Assembly: GCA_017644425.1 (NCBI GenBank) | Contig: JAEPLN010000002.1 | Span: 41,268-105,267, forward strand | Length of the DNA: 64,000 bases | Direction of reading: 5' to 3' | From: Prochlorococcus marinus CUG1433 | GTDB taxonomy: Bacteria > Cyanobacteriota > Cyanobacteriia > PCC-6307 > Cyanobiaceae | In this document: piece by piece, positions 24,187 through 34,602 of the stretch | Layout: each line of letters starts with the position of its first letter | How positions within the stretch are numbered: position 1 is the first letter of the stretch | The notes under the pieces: model-generated | Databases searched by the model: none | The model's input: the letters and a program-made list of their open reading frames with translations, nothing else | Told to the model about the DNA's origin: nothing | Position numbers and translations under genes: made by a program

Positions 24187-24786
24187 ATGAAGACAAACTT
24201 AAGATTAATAGGTGGTAAAAAACTCCAAGGTCCAAATAACAGGTATACGAGGCCTACCACTTTAAGAGTTAGAGAGGCAATATTTAATATATTGAGAAAT
24301 AAGGTTGAAAATAGCAACTGGTTAGATTTATTTAGTGGTACAGGGGCCATATCTTGTGAAGCTTATAATCATGGGGCACGAAAAATAATTGCAATTGAAA
24401 AAGATAAAAACAACTCAAAAATTTGTTTAAAAAATCTTCTTTCCTTAAAAGATGTAGAAGATAGAAAAAATGATATTGATGTTATTTGTAAAGACGTATT
24501 GAACTGGACAAAACCAAACTACGAGAGAAACCTATCATCTAAAATTATGGAATTAAACAAAATAAAATTTGATTTTATTTATTTAGACCCTCCATATGAT
24601 TTCAATTTCCATGAATTAGTTTTAAATCAGATATTTAATTGTAATTTCTTAAAAAAAACTTCAATAGTTATTTGTGAACATTCTCCAAATTTATTTATAA
24701 AGAAAAGTACTTTATGGGAAACTATTGATGAAAGAGACTATGGACAGTCAAGATTAACATTTTTAATCAATATCCAACATCCCTGA
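24187..24786 (+). CDS. rsmD: 16S rRNA (guanine966-N2)-methyltransferase RsmD family
   Basis: 199 aa. SAM fold ([10 protein letters not shown]) and DPPY motif. Confidence 0.8.
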   Translation: MKTNLRLIGGKKLQGPNNRYTRPTTLRVREAIFNILRNKVENSNWLDLFSGTGAISCEAYNHGARKIIAIEKDKNNSKICLKNLLSLKDVEDRKNDIDVICKDVLNWTKPNYERNLSSKIMELNKIKFDFIYLDPPYDFNFHELVLNQIFNCNFLKKTSIVICEHSPNLFIKKSTLWETIDERDYGQSRLTFLINIQHP

Positions 24787-24882
24787 GCCTCTTCTATATT
24801 GATTCCATGCACTCACGAATAATCCAAGAAGAGTTATGGGTACTAAACCCAAAACAATTCCACATAGAAGAGGCTCAATCAT
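24763..24882 (-). CDS. petG: cytochrome b6-f complex subunit 5 (PetG)
   Basis: Not in the ORF track (39 aa). Reverse-strand translation is [39 protein letters not shown], a textbook PetG. Its 3' end overlaps the rsmD 3' end by 24 nt. Confidence 0.9.
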   Translation of the reverse strand: MIEPLLCGIVLGLVPITLLGLFVSAWNQYRRGSGMLDID

Positions 24883-24938
24883 TTTTTTTGCTTTTTTTGA
24901 ATTTATTATTCACAATTGTTACATAGAGACTATTTTTT

Positions 24939-25325
24939 GTGTCAACATCTTCATCATCTGCAGTAGAAAAAGACTTTAAAACAGAATTTTTGAAAAAGTT
25001 TTTTATTGTTTTTGTAGTTTCATTAATAGGTTTTTTGATATTTTTTTTAAATCATCATGAAAAAAACAAATATATTACTGAAACTCTTGAGCTTAATGGA
25101 TCTGCTAATGATGGAGATGCTCTTTTTAAGATGAATTGTGTAGGGTGTCATGGAATTACAGCAAGAGGATTAGTTGGCCCAGACTTGCATTCAATAACTA
25201 AACGTTTAAATGATAAAGAGATAATAAAACAAGTTACGGGTGGCCTCACTCCTCCAATGCCAAGTTTTGAAATTGACCCTGTAAATATGTCTAATTTATT
25301 AAAATATTTACATAGTCTAGAGTGA
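24939..25325 (+). CDS. cytM: membrane-anchored c-type cytochrome (cytochrome cM-like)
   Basis: 128 aa with GTG start. One N-terminal TM helix, heme motif CVGCH and a distal Met region (PPMPSF). Confidence 0.8.
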   Translation: MSTSSSSAVEKDFKTEFLKKFFIVFVVSLIGFLIFFLNHHEKNKYITETLELNGSANDGDALFKMNCVGCHGITARGLVGPDLHSITKRLNDKEIIKQVTGGLTPPMPSFEIDPVNMSNLLKYLHSLE

Positions 25326-26071
25326 TTTTGGAGAAAAGTTTTTCTAATTTAAAGGTCATATTAGTTGAACCAAATGGCCCTTTAAATGTAGGGAGCGTTG
25401 CTAGATTATGCAGTAATTTTGAAGTTGATGAATTAAGAATTGTTTCTCCGAGATGCGATATATTTTCCCTAGAAGCAAAAAAAATGGCCCTTAAAGGTCA
25501 AAAATTTCTTGAACATTGTAAGATTTTTGATGATCTTCAAAAAGCTATTTCTGATTGTGATTTAGTTCTAGCATCTTGTGGAAGGATTGATTTAAATAAA
25601 GGTTCATTTTTTGGATCCTCTGAAGATATATTTGATTGGACTTTATCCTTTAAAAAAATAAATAATTTAGCAATTATATTTGGAAGAGAAGATAGAGGTT
25701 TAACCAACAGTGAATTGCTTCTGGCAAATAAAACTTTTAGTATCCCAACTTCTCAGAATAATCCTTCATTAAATCTTTCTCACGCTGTTTCAATAGCTTT
25801 GTATGAATTAAATAAGTCTTCTAAAAAGAATTCAAAAATTGAATTAAAAGTTTTTAACTTAGCATCATCCAAAGAAGTACATGATACATTTGTGGAGATT
25901 GAGGAAATGCTTTTGAGAATTGGATATCTCTTAAAACATACTTCTAAGGCAAAAATTAGTAAATTTAAAAATTTTATTTTAAGGGCAAATACATCAATGC
26001 ACGAAATAAATGTTTTAAGAGGAATTGTCCATCAAATGAACTGGTTTCTGAACAATTCAAAAAAAAAATAA
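25322..26071 (+). CDS. SpoU/TrmH-family RNA 2'-O-methyltransferase
   Basis: 249 aa. SPOUT pattern (LVEPNGPLNVGSVARL, IFGREDRGL, IPT...SLNLSHAV). Confidence 0.8.
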   Translation: MILEKSFSNLKVILVEPNGPLNVGSVARLCSNFEVDELRIVSPRCDIFSLEAKKMALKGQKFLEHCKIFDDLQKAISDCDLVLASCGRIDLNKGSFFGSSEDIFDWTLSFKKINNLAIIFGREDRGLTNSELLLANKTFSIPTSQNNPSLNLSHAVSIALYELNKSSKKNSKIELKVFNLASSKEVHDTFVEIEEMLLRIGYLLKHTSKAKISKFKNFILRANTSMHEINVLRGIVHQMNWFLNNSKKK

Positions 26072-26190
26072 GTAAGTATAAAGTTGATTAGTTACTACTT
26101 ACTTGATATATATTTGATAGGGATATTTACTAAAAACATTTTCTGAAGTAGCATCTATTGATTATTTGAATATTTAAGAAAACTAAAACT

Positions 26191-27279
26191 GTGCCTACAA
26201 CAAAGAAAAGAAGAGTTTTTCCTTTTACAGCAGTAATTGGTCAAGAAGAAATGAAATTGGCCCTCTTGTTAAATGTTATTGATCCAAGAATTGGAGGAGT
26301 GATGATAATGGGTGATAGAGGGACTGGAAAGTCCACTACAATCAGAGCCTTAGCTGATTTGTTGCCTGCTATCGATGTTGTTAAAGATGATCCATATAAT
26401 AGTTCTCTAGTCGATCCTGATTTACAAAGTAAAGAAGTTTTGGAAAAAATTACTCAAGGAGAAAATCTAGAGAGTATTCAAAAACAAGTACCTATGGTTG
26501 ACTTGCCTTTAGGAGCTACTGAAGACAGGCTTTGTGGAACTATTGATATTGAGAAGGCCTTGAGTGAAGGTGTTAAGGCATTCGAACCTGGATTGTTGGC
26601 CAAAGCTAATAGGGGTTTACTATACGTTGATGAAGTGAATTTGCTTGATGATCATTTAGTTGATGTACTTTTAGATTCGGCTGCTTCCGGATGGAATACA
26701 GTTGAAAGGGAGGGGGTTTCAGTTCGACACCCTGCGAGGTTTGTCCTTATTGGTTCAGGCAATCCAGAAGAAGGTGAATTAAGGCCTCAACTATTGGATA
26801 GATTCGGAATGAGCGTTGAGGTTAAGACAGTTAGAGATGCTGAATTAAGAGTTCAAGTAGTTGATCAAAGAACTTCTTTTGACGATAACCCTGATGAGTT
26901 TTCTTTGAGTGTTGAAAAACAACAGGATGAACTTCAACAAAAGGTTATTAAAGCACAAGAAATTTTAAATTCTGTCCAAATGGACGATGACCTAAGATTG
27001 AATATCTCTGCAATCTGCGGAGAACTAGATGTTGATGGTTTACGTGGTGATATTGTTACAAATCGATCTGCAAGGGCAATTGCAGCATTTGAGGGCAGAA
27101 CTGAAGTTCAAGAAGATGATATAGCAAGGGTTATTTCTTGTTCTTTGAGACATAGGCTAAGAAAAGATCCTTTAGAACAAGTAGATTCAGGTGAAAGAGT
27201 TATTCAAGCTTTTTGTAAAGTTTTTGATTTAGATGAAAAAGAAAATCTTTCAAAGTTTCAATTGTCTGCAGAAGCTTAA
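26191..27279 (+). CDS. chlI: magnesium chelatase ATPase subunit I
   Basis: 362 aa with GTG start. [13 protein letters not shown], Walker [10 protein letters not shown], Walker [11 protein letters not shown]. Confidence 0.95.
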   Translation: MPTTKKRRVFPFTAVIGQEEMKLALLLNVIDPRIGGVMIMGDRGTGKSTTIRALADLLPAIDVVKDDPYNSSLVDPDLQSKEVLEKITQGENLESIQKQVPMVDLPLGATEDRLCGTIDIEKALSEGVKAFEPGLLAKANRGLLYVDEVNLLDDHLVDVLLDSAASGWNTVEREGVSVRHPARFVLIGSGNPEEGELRPQLLDRFGMSVEVKTVRDAELRVQVVDQRTSFDDNPDEFSLSVEKQQDELQQKVIKAQEILNSVQMDDDLRLNISAICGELDVDGLRGDIVTNRSARAIAAFEGRTEVQEDDIARVISCSLRHRLRKDPLEQVDSGERVIQAFCKVFDLDEKENLSKFQLSAEA

Positions 27280-27284
27280 TTACA

Positions 27285-27758
27285 GTGAGAATAATTGGAA
27301 TTGATCCTGGATTAGCAAGAGTTGGTTATGGAGTTATTGAAATAGAAAATGAAAAAAAAACATTATTAGATTGTGGCGTTATTGAGACAGCTAAAGAAAA
27401 TAAAGAAGAAGATAGACTCTATGAGATATTCAAAGATCTTAATGAATTAATTAATCATTGGAATCCCAATTTAGCTGCTGTAGAAAAATTTTTCTTTTAT
27501 AGATCAAGTACTACTATTAGTGTGGTGCAAGCTAGGGGCGTGATTATGATGGTCTTGGCTTCAAAAAAAATTAGTATTAGTGAATATTCCCCTGCTCAGA
27601 TAAAGTTAACAATTGCCGGGTCTGGAAAGGCATCTAAAGGAGAAGTTTTAGATGGTGTGATGAATGCCTTAGAACTTAAAAAAGCCCCAAAACCTGATGA
27701 TTCTGCAGATGCATTGGCCATAGCACTCACAAAACTAAATGAAGAAGGCTTTAACTGA
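27285..27758 (+). CDS. ruvC: Holliday junction resolvase RuvC
   Basis: 157 aa with GTG start. [14 protein letters not shown] and C-terminal [10 protein letters not shown] catalytic acidic residues. Confidence 0.9.
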   Translation: MRIIGIDPGLARVGYGVIEIENEKKTLLDCGVIETAKENKEEDRLYEIFKDLNELINHWNPNLAAVEKFFFYRSSTTISVVQARGVIMMVLASKKISISEYSPAQIKLTIAGSGKASKGEVLDGVMNALELKKAPKPDDSADALAIALTKLNEEGFN

Positions 27759-27767
27759 AAATTCAAT

Positions 27768-28325
27768 ATGACTATTTCTGAGAAAAAGAAATTAGAGAGG
27801 GATTTATTTAGAAAACTTAGAGATAAGAGTTCCATTAATCAAAGGGAAAATGTAGAAAAGAATGTAAAAAAATATGTTGATTCAATTGTGAAGGAAGATA
27901 AAAATATTGGTTACTTGGCAATATATTGGCCTTTAAAAAAGGAAGTAGATATAAGAAGTCTCAAAGAAAATTTTACTCTAGCTTTGCCTAGATGTAAGGA
28001 TAAAAAAGAGTTATTATTTTACCCATGGGATGAAAATCCTCTTACCAAAGATTCTGAGGGGATACTAAGTCCAAATAACTCTTCCCCATTAAGTCATTTG
28101 CAGATAAGCATGATACTAGTACCATGCCTTTCCGTTGATAAAAATTTAACAAGATTAGGTTATGGGGGAGGTTATTTTGATAAATTAAGGAGAGATAATG
28201 ATTGGAGAAGTGTTCCATGCATTGGAGTATTAACTTCTAATTGTGTAAGCACGATTTCATTAACCAAAGCTGAGTGGGATGTTCCTTTATCGGGCTTTAT
28301 CACAGAAAAAGAAATATTTGTATAA
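27768..28325 (+). CDS. 5-formyltetrahydrofolate cyclo-ligase family protein
   Basis: 185 aa. MTHFS-like pattern (ILVPCLSVDKNLTRLGYGGGYFD). Confidence 0.8.
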   Translation: MTISEKKKLERDLFRKLRDKSSINQRENVEKNVKKYVDSIVKEDKNIGYLAIYWPLKKEVDIRSLKENFTLALPRCKDKKELLFYPWDENPLTKDSEGILSPNNSSPLSHLQISMILVPCLSVDKNLTRLGYGGGYFDKLRRDNDWRSVPCIGVLTSNCVSTISLTKAEWDVPLSGFITEKEIFV

Positions 28326-28364
28326 TAGAAGACCCATAAGGCGATTAATTCATAGTTATAAAAA

Positions 28365-28784
28365 ATGGAAAATCAGAGAAAATACAATAATTTATCAAAA
28401 TTAGTCGAGAAGTTGCAGAAATCAGAAGATCCAAAAAGAAAATATGAATACATTTTGTGGTTAGGCAAAAAATTGAAAGAGCCAGGTAGTGAAATCCTTA
28501 TTGAAGAAAATAAAGTTAAGGGATGTGTTTCAGAAGTTTTTGTTAAGGCAAATATTAAAAGCGGTAGATTATTTTGGGAAGGATATTCTGATGCCTTAAT
28601 AACCAAGGGTTTGTTAGCATTTTTAATTACTGGGTTAAATGAATTAACACCAAATGAGGTTGTTAAAATAGATAAGAAATTTATTGAAGAAACTGGTTTG
28701 AAAGCAAGCTTAACACCTTCACGTTCAAATGGTTTTTTAAACATATTATTGAAAATGCAGTCGCAAGCAAATGATTTTTTGTAG
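28365..28784 (+). CDS. sufE: SufE-like cysteine desulfuration protein
   Basis: 139 aa. Active-site context VKGCVSEVF. Confidence 0.85.
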   Translation: MENQRKYNNLSKLVEKLQKSEDPKRKYEYILWLGKKLKEPGSEILIEENKVKGCVSEVFVKANIKSGRLFWEGYSDALITKGLLAFLITGLNELTPNEVVKIDKKFIEETGLKASLTPSRSNGFLNILLKMQSQANDFL

Positions 28785-28828
28785 GTCTAATAATATAAAA
28801 TTAAACTCAAAGTTAAAAGAAATAAAAA

Positions 28829-30127
28829 ATGAGAAAATGCAAAATTGGGATTGTGGGTTTTGGAACTGTAGGTTCAGGGATTTATAAAATATTAAGTTCT
28901 GAATTTGACTCACATCCAATTCTAAAAGAAATAGAAATTGCAAAAATAGCAGTTAAAGATCTTAATAAAAAAAGGGATATAGTACTAGATGATAATTTAT
29001 TAACTGATGACCCATTTAAATTAATTGATGACCCCTCTATAGATGTAATTGTTGAAGTAATGGGTGGGGTTGATTTAGCGAAAGATATTATTCTGAAATC
29101 ATTAAAATTAGGTAAATCTGTTGTTACAGCAAATAAAGCAGTCATTGCAAGATATGGAGAAGAAATATACAAAACTGCATCTAAAGAAGGAGTTTATATA
29201 TTGTCAGAGGCGGCAGTTTGCGGAGGAATTCCCATAATTGAACCTTTAAAAAGATCATTAAAAAGTAACAGCATAAAAAAAATGGTTGGGATAATAAATG
29301 GCACAACTAATTTTATTCTTTCAAAGATGACAAATGAAAAGGCTGATTATAAGGAGACCTTAAAATTGGCCCAAAGCCTTGGTTTTGCAGAATTTGATCC
29401 AACTGCAGATGTTGAGGGTCATGATGCTGCTGATAAGATTTCAATTCTTAGTGAACTTGCATTTGGAGGGAAAATCAAAAGAGAAGAGATACATTCTGAG
29501 GGCATTAGTAAAATTAATCTCAAGGATATCGAATATGCCAACAAATTAGGATTTGAAATAAAACTTTTAGCGCTCTCCGAAAGGAGACAAATAAATAGTA
29601 ATGATTCACTTGCTTTGAATATTTGGGTAGGCCCTTCCTTGATTCCAAAATCCCATCCATTGGCAACAGTTAAGGGAGTTAACAATGCTTTATTGATAGA
29701 GGCTGATCCACTTGGAGAGATCATGTTGTATGGTCCAGGTGCAGGGAGTGGCCCAACTGCTGCATCAGTAGTTTCAGATATATTAAATCTGCATGCTGCT
29801 TCAGTAAAAAATAATTTAATTGATCCACTACTATCTTTTGATTTCTGGAGAGACTGTCATATCATAGAATCTTCACAAATAAATAAAAAAAATTACCTTA
29901 GGATTATTTGTCTTGATAGTCCTGGTGTAATAGGAAAGATTGGAGATATTTTTGGAAAGAATAATGTATCTATCGAATCAATCGTGCAACTAGATGCAAC
30001 TGAGGACAAAGCTGAAATTGTCGTTATTACTCATGAGGTAAATAATGGAGATTTTGAGAAATCGAAAGATGAAATAAATTCGCTAAATGAAGTTAAAATT
30101 ATTGCAAGTCAATTAAGTTGTATTTAA
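28829..30127 (+). CDS. hom: homoserine dehydrogenase
   Basis: 432 aa. NAD fold GIVGFGTVGSG, catalytic domain, and a C-terminal ACT domain. Confidence 0.95.
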   Translation: MRKCKIGIVGFGTVGSGIYKILSSEFDSHPILKEIEIAKIAVKDLNKKRDIVLDDNLLTDDPFKLIDDPSIDVIVEVMGGVDLAKDIILKSLKLGKSVVTANKAVIARYGEEIYKTASKEGVYILSEAAVCGGIPIIEPLKRSLKSNSIKKMVGIINGTTNFILSKMTNEKADYKETLKLAQSLGFAEFDPTADVEGHDAADKISILSELAFGGKIKREEIHSEGISKINLKDIEYANKLGFEIKLLALSERRQINSNDSLALNIWVGPSLIPKSHPLATVKGVNNALLIEADPLGEIMLYGPGAGSGPTAASVVSDILNLHAASVKNNLIDPLLSFDFWRDCHIIESSQINKKNYLRIICLDSPGVIGKIGDIFGKNNVSIESIVQLDATEDKAEIVVITHEVNNGDFEKSKDEINSLNEVKIIASQLSCI

Positions 30128-30176
30128 AAAAATAGTTTGCAAATTTCTTTATAGCTTGTTAAACCGAAGAAAGTAA

Positions 30177-30449
30177 GTGTTTGGTTTTAGCACCTTCATG
30201 ATTCATTCAAAACTATTAGACAACAAAAATGAAAAAAATAATTTAATTTGTTTTGAAAACCTTTACAAAGGTGCTTGTGTAAAAATTAAAAATAGTAATA
30301 AGACTTTTCAAGTAATTGGTATAAATATAGGTAAAAAAGTTTGTTGGGTGAGAGAGTGGCCTTTTGCCTGTAATTCTAAAAAAACATTTGCTTTAGATAT
30401 AAGTCAAATAACCTTACAAATTTTTTGTTCAAATAATTTTTCAGAATAA
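30177..30449 (+). CDS. hypothetical protein
   Basis: 90-aa ORF with GTG start and an alternative ATG at 30198. No family recognised; fills the intergenic space. Confidence 0.35.
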   Translation: MFGFSTFMIHSKLLDNKNEKNNLICFENLYKGACVKIKNSNKTFQVIGINIGKKVCWVREWPFACNSKKTFALDISQITLQIFCSNNFSE

Positions 30450-30466
30450 TTAAGTTATAAAGAAAT

Positions 30467-32038
30467 ATGAAAAAAAAATTTGTTTTGTCAATATTTATTA
30501 TTTTAATTTCTTTTTTACAGACTTCTTGCGGCTCAAAAAGAATTCCAAAAAAAATCATAGTAGCAAGTTCCGGAAAAATTGAATCTTTAGACCCAGCTAG
30601 AGCTAATACTCTTAAAGCAATTCAATTAATCAGTTCTCTGGGAGACACATTATATGAATTAAACTCTAATGGTGAATTAATACCTGAATTGGCATCAGGG
30701 ATGCCAATTATTTCAAAGGATAAACTTCAAATAATTATCAATTTAAGAAAAAATGTTTTTTTTCATGATGGAACTTCATTTAACTCAAATGCAATGAAGT
30801 TTACTTTTGATAGATTCAAAAGAATTGGAACAATGAATTATATCTTAGGAAATAAGATTAAATCAATAGAAACTCCAAGTGAATATTCACTCATAATAAA
30901 TTTGAATAAACCATCAAGTTCTTTAAATGGTTTACTTACATCAGTAAATTTAACTCCAATATCTCCTTCTTTTTATAAAGAATATTCTGATAAATTTCTA
31001 AATGAAAAATTCGTTGGTACTGGCAAGTATGTACTGACTAGTTTTTCCAATGAAGTACAAGCAATTGATCCAAATCTGAATTATTGGGGTAACAAGCCAT
31101 TAAATAAGGGCATTAAATTTGTGGGATACTCAAATTCATCTTCTCTTTTTGGGGCTTTAAAAAGTAAACAAATTGACGTGCTCTTATCAAATTCAATTGA
31201 TGATAGTCAGAGAAAAAGTCTTAATACTTTAAGTAAAAATAAACAGTTTAAAGAAGGGAATAGTCCTTTCACTGAATTAAGTTTTATAAGCCTCAAAACC
31301 AGTTCTTTTCCCTTAAGCAATCTTAATTTAAGACTGGCTTTGGCAAAAAGTCTTAATAGAAAATTAATTAGTGAGAAAGTAAGTTATGGATTAAGGCAGC
31401 CATCTAGATCAATTATTCCTCCGATATTGAAAAAAGATAATCAAGAAGTGTGGCCTAAATATGATTATTTAGAAGCGAGAAGGTTATTGCAAAAAGAAAA
31501 TTACTGTAATGGAAATATTCTGAAAATACCTCTTACTTATAGATCGAATGTACCAGCTGACAAGCTTATTGCCCTGACATGGCAGGAAGAAATTAAAAGT
31601 TCTTTGGAAGATTGTATTGATATAGAACTCAATGGGGTAGAATCTACAACAATTTACAAGAATCTAAGTTTAGGAATTTATACGGCAGTTATTCTCGATT
31701 GGACTGGTGCTTATTCAGATCCTGAGGCCTATCTAACACCTCTTTTAAGTTGTAATGAAATAGTTGATAGCATATGTAAAAAAGGTGAATCAGTTTACAG
31801 CGGCAGTTTTTGGGGATCTAAAAAAGTGGAAAGTTTATTTCTTGAGAGTGAAAAAATAAGTGGAATTGAAAGATTAGATAAACTTGTTGAAATTGAAAAA
31901 ATAGCAGCAAATTCGATCCCTTATATTCCCATTTGGATTTCCTCTCAAAAAGCATGGTCACGAAACAAAATTTCAAAACCTATTTTTAATGGGGCAGGAA
32001 TAATTTCATTGAGTGATCTTAAGATAATAGATGAGTAG
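30467..32038 (+). CDS. ABC transporter substrate-binding protein, family 5 (peptide/nickel type), lipoprotein-like
   Basis: 523 aa. Signal peptide with a Cys (FLQTSCGS). SBP_bac_5-like length and pattern. Confidence 0.8.
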   Translation: MKKKFVLSIFIILISFLQTSCGSKRIPKKIIVASSGKIESLDPARANTLKAIQLISSLGDTLYELNSNGELIPELASGMPIISKDKLQIIINLRKNVFFHDGTSFNSNAMKFTFDRFKRIGTMNYILGNKIKSIETPSEYSLIINLNKPSSSLNGLLTSVNLTPISPSFYKEYSDKFLNEKFVGTGKYVLTSFSNEVQAIDPNLNYWGNKPLNKGIKFVGYSNSSSLFGALKSKQIDVLLSNSIDDSQRKSLNTLSKNKQFKEGNSPFTELSFISLKTSSFPLSNLNLRLALAKSLNRKLISEKVSYGLRQPSRSIIPPILKKDNQEVWPKYDYLEARRLLQKENYCNGNILKIPLTYRSNVPADKLIALTWQEEIKSSLEDCIDIELNGVESTTIYKNLSLGIYTAVILDWTGAYSDPEAYLTPLLSCNEIVDSICKKGESVYSGSFWGSKKVESLFLESEKISGIERLDKLVEIEKIAANSIPYIPIWISSQKAWSRNKISKPIFNGAGIISLSDLKIIDE

Positions 32039-33053
32039 AAATTTAAATAAACTACTAAATTATTCCTTATTAAAAATTTCATTAATACCAATAATGTTAT
32101 GGATAATTTCTTCATTAGTATTTATTTTGTTGAGAGTTGCCCCTGGCGATCCTGTCGATGCAATTCTTGGATCTGGTGCCGATGAGGTTTCAAGGGAATT
32201 TCTAAGAAATAAATTAGGGCTAAATGAACCTTTAATAAGTCAATATTTTTCATATATTAAAAATATATTGCACTTTGATTTTGGCCAATCTCTCAGTACC
32301 CAAGAGCCAGTCCTAAATATTATTCTTAAGTCATTGCCTGCAAGCCTTGAGCTTGGATTCTTTTCATTATTAAGTGCCACATTAATAGGATTCCCATTGG
32401 GATTAATTGGCTTGAGAAATAGAGGTAAAAAGACTGATTATATTGCCAGAATTTTAGGAATTGCCACATATGCGATCCCTCCTTTTTGGGGTGCAATGTT
32501 AGCGCAATTATTATTTTCTGTATTTTTTAATATTTCCCCAATTGGAGGTAGATTTCCAATATTTCAGCAACAACCACAAATTACAGGTTTTCTGGTTTTA
32601 GATAGTATTCTTTCAAATAATATTAATGCTTTGAAAGGTACTCTTCATCATCTCGCACTTCCCTCTATTACACTTGGTTTTCTTTTAAGTGGAATATTCA
32701 GCCGCTCATTAAGAGTAAATTTGGATAAGACATTAAAAAGTGATTATGTAAATGCAGCTATAACAAGAGGAATATCTAGGAAAAAAATCTTTTTTAACCA
32801 TGCATTGCCTAATGCGCTTTTGCCAATTGTCACTATTTCTGGCTTAACTATGGCTTCATTAGCAGGAGGTGCTCTATTGTTTGAAGTAACTTTTTCGTGG
32901 CCAGGTATTGCTTTAAGATTACACGAAGCAATTTCTCAGAGAGACTATACTTTGGTTCAAGGCATTATAATTTTTACCTCTTTGTTGATAGTTTCTTTAA
33001 ATCTCTTTGTGGATATTTTAATCGCATACTTAGATCCAAGAATAGATTACTAA
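32031..33053 (+). CDS. ABC transporter permease (DppB/OppB-like)
   Basis: 340 aa with 6 TM segments. Overlaps the upstream SBP gene by 8 nt. BPD_transp_1 features (ITRGISRKKIFFNHALPNALLP). Confidence 0.88.
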   Translation: MSRNLNKLLNYSLLKISLIPIMLWIISSLVFILLRVAPGDPVDAILGSGADEVSREFLRNKLGLNEPLISQYFSYIKNILHFDFGQSLSTQEPVLNIILKSLPASLELGFFSLLSATLIGFPLGLIGLRNRGKKTDYIARILGIATYAIPPFWGAMLAQLLFSVFFNISPIGGRFPIFQQQPQITGFLVLDSILSNNINALKGTLHHLALPSITLGFLLSGIFSRSLRVNLDKTLKSDYVNAAITRGISRKKIFFNHALPNALLPIVTISGLTMASLAGGALLFEVTFSWPGIALRLHEAISQRDYTLVQGIIIFTSLLIVSLNLFVDILIAYLDPRIDY

Positions 33054-34600
33054 TTTTTTGAAAATTCTTTTATGGTATCAGGATCTAAAATATGGAAATC
33101 AAGTCCCAAATCTCTCTGATTTTTAATTACTATAGGGATCTTTTGGTCTTTAATATTTTTTAAAAATTCAACTATAAATTTCGTAGATAAATCTTGTACT
33201 AATATTGGCTCTGAGCCAATAAAAGATTTATTTATTTTGAAGACGTCATTATTTTCTTCATAGCTTTTATTAATTCTAATTGGAGAGAAATGACTTGCTC
33301 CTTCAATAATTAGAAATCTATTTGATGGATTATTTAAAGCAGAAAAAACTTTAAATTGTTCATTCATTAATGGTGTAATAAGGTCATACGTACCACCTAT
33401 TAGAAGAGTTGGTGTTTTAATTCCTGTACTATTTTCTTTTGGCCATACTAAACTACCAAATGAATTAAAACCTATAATAGCACTGGCTTTATTAGAGGTA
33501 TTTTTCTTAGGGAATGGTATTTCGCTCAACTGACATTGAAGTAATTTAGATAAATTAGTTACTGCAAAGTCTTTTAATGCCGAATCACATTTGTCATTTA
33601 ATTCATCAGTGGGTTTATTGCCTTCATATAAAAGTGCAATTAAAGCACCAAGAGAATGCCCCATTAAAATATAAGAATCATTAGGTAAACCAAATTCTCC
33701 ATTTTCATGAGCTTTTAATACGGCATCTAAATCTTTAATTCTATATAAGAAAAAGTCTGCACTTCCTGGTATTGTTTCCTTACCTTCGAGTACTTCTATA
33801 AATGACTCCAAATTACTTCCTCTATGATCTATGAATAATATTGGCCAACCTCTTTTAGCTAATTCGTTTCCTATCCATTTGAAATTACTAATTTCGCCTC
33901 CAAGTCCTGGCATAAAAATTACCAGTTCTTTATCTTCATTTGTTTTATTGCTTTTCCATATTTCAATTTCAAAAGGTTTCACTCGGTGAGAAGCATAAAT
34001 TTTTTTTTCAATTTTTATAAGATCTTGAGTTGATTTTTTTTCAGTATTTTTGAAGACATTTTGGTTCGTTCTTTCAAGTTTATTTAATTTGGATAAAAGT
34101 TCTTGTTGCATTGATAATTCATTTTTCCAAGATGAAATTATTAAAATTAAATTATCAATATCAAGTGAAATTTCTTCTGATGGTAATGCCTTTATGATTT
34201 CTAAAGTTGAAACTTCTTTTTTTTGATCTAATAAATTTTCTATAGTGTTATATATTTCTGTTCCATTATTATCATTAGGAACTTTTATGCTTTTGCTTAA
34301 TTCTGTAAGAATTTTACGTCCTATCCAACTCCTTAATATTTCTCTATTTAATCCCTCTTCTTTGAAAACTGGATATTCTAAAAATTTTGATAATTCAAAA
34401 ATTCTTATAAATCCATTTTTTTTTAACCAATCTAGTAATTCTGTTGAATCATCTTTGTATTTTTCTAATTTTGATAATTGTTCTATAGTAAGAGGGATTT
34501 CCATCTCTTCAAACTTAATATTTATCTTTTCAGCAGCCTTTAAACCATTATTAAAAAATAAACCACAAAAACTAAAAAAAATTATAAAAATGTATTTCAC
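33050..34600 (-). CDS. secreted alpha/beta-hydrolase with N-terminal DUF1400-like region
   Basis: 516 aa. Signal peptide, nucleophile elbow GHSLG and C-terminal GASHFS. Confidence 0.65.
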   Translation of the reverse strand: MKYIFIIFFSFCGLFFNNGLKAAEKINIKFEEMEIPLTIEQLSKLEKYKDDSTELLDWLKKNGFIRIFELSKFLEYPVFKEEGLNREILRSWIGRKILTELSKSIKVPNDNNGTEIYNTIENLLDQKKEVSTLEIIKALPSEEISLDIDNLILIISSWKNELSMQQELLSKLNKLERTNQNVFKNTEKKSTQDLIKIEKKIYASHRVKPFEIEIWKSNKTNEDKELVIFMPGLGGEISNFKWIGNELAKRGWPILFIDHRGSNLESFIEVLEGKETIPGSADFFLYRIKDLDAVLKAHENGEFGLPNDSYILMGHSLGALIALLYEGNKPTDELNDKCDSALKDFAVTNLSKLLQCQLSEIPFPKKNTSNKASAIIGFNSFGSLVWPKENSTGIKTPTLLIGGTYDLITPLMNEQFKVFSALNNPSNRFLIIEGASHFSPIRINKSYEENNDVFKINKSFIGSEPILVQDLSTKFIVEFLKNIKDQKIPIVIKNQRDLGLDFHILDPDTIKEFSKN

Positions 34601-34602
34601 TA

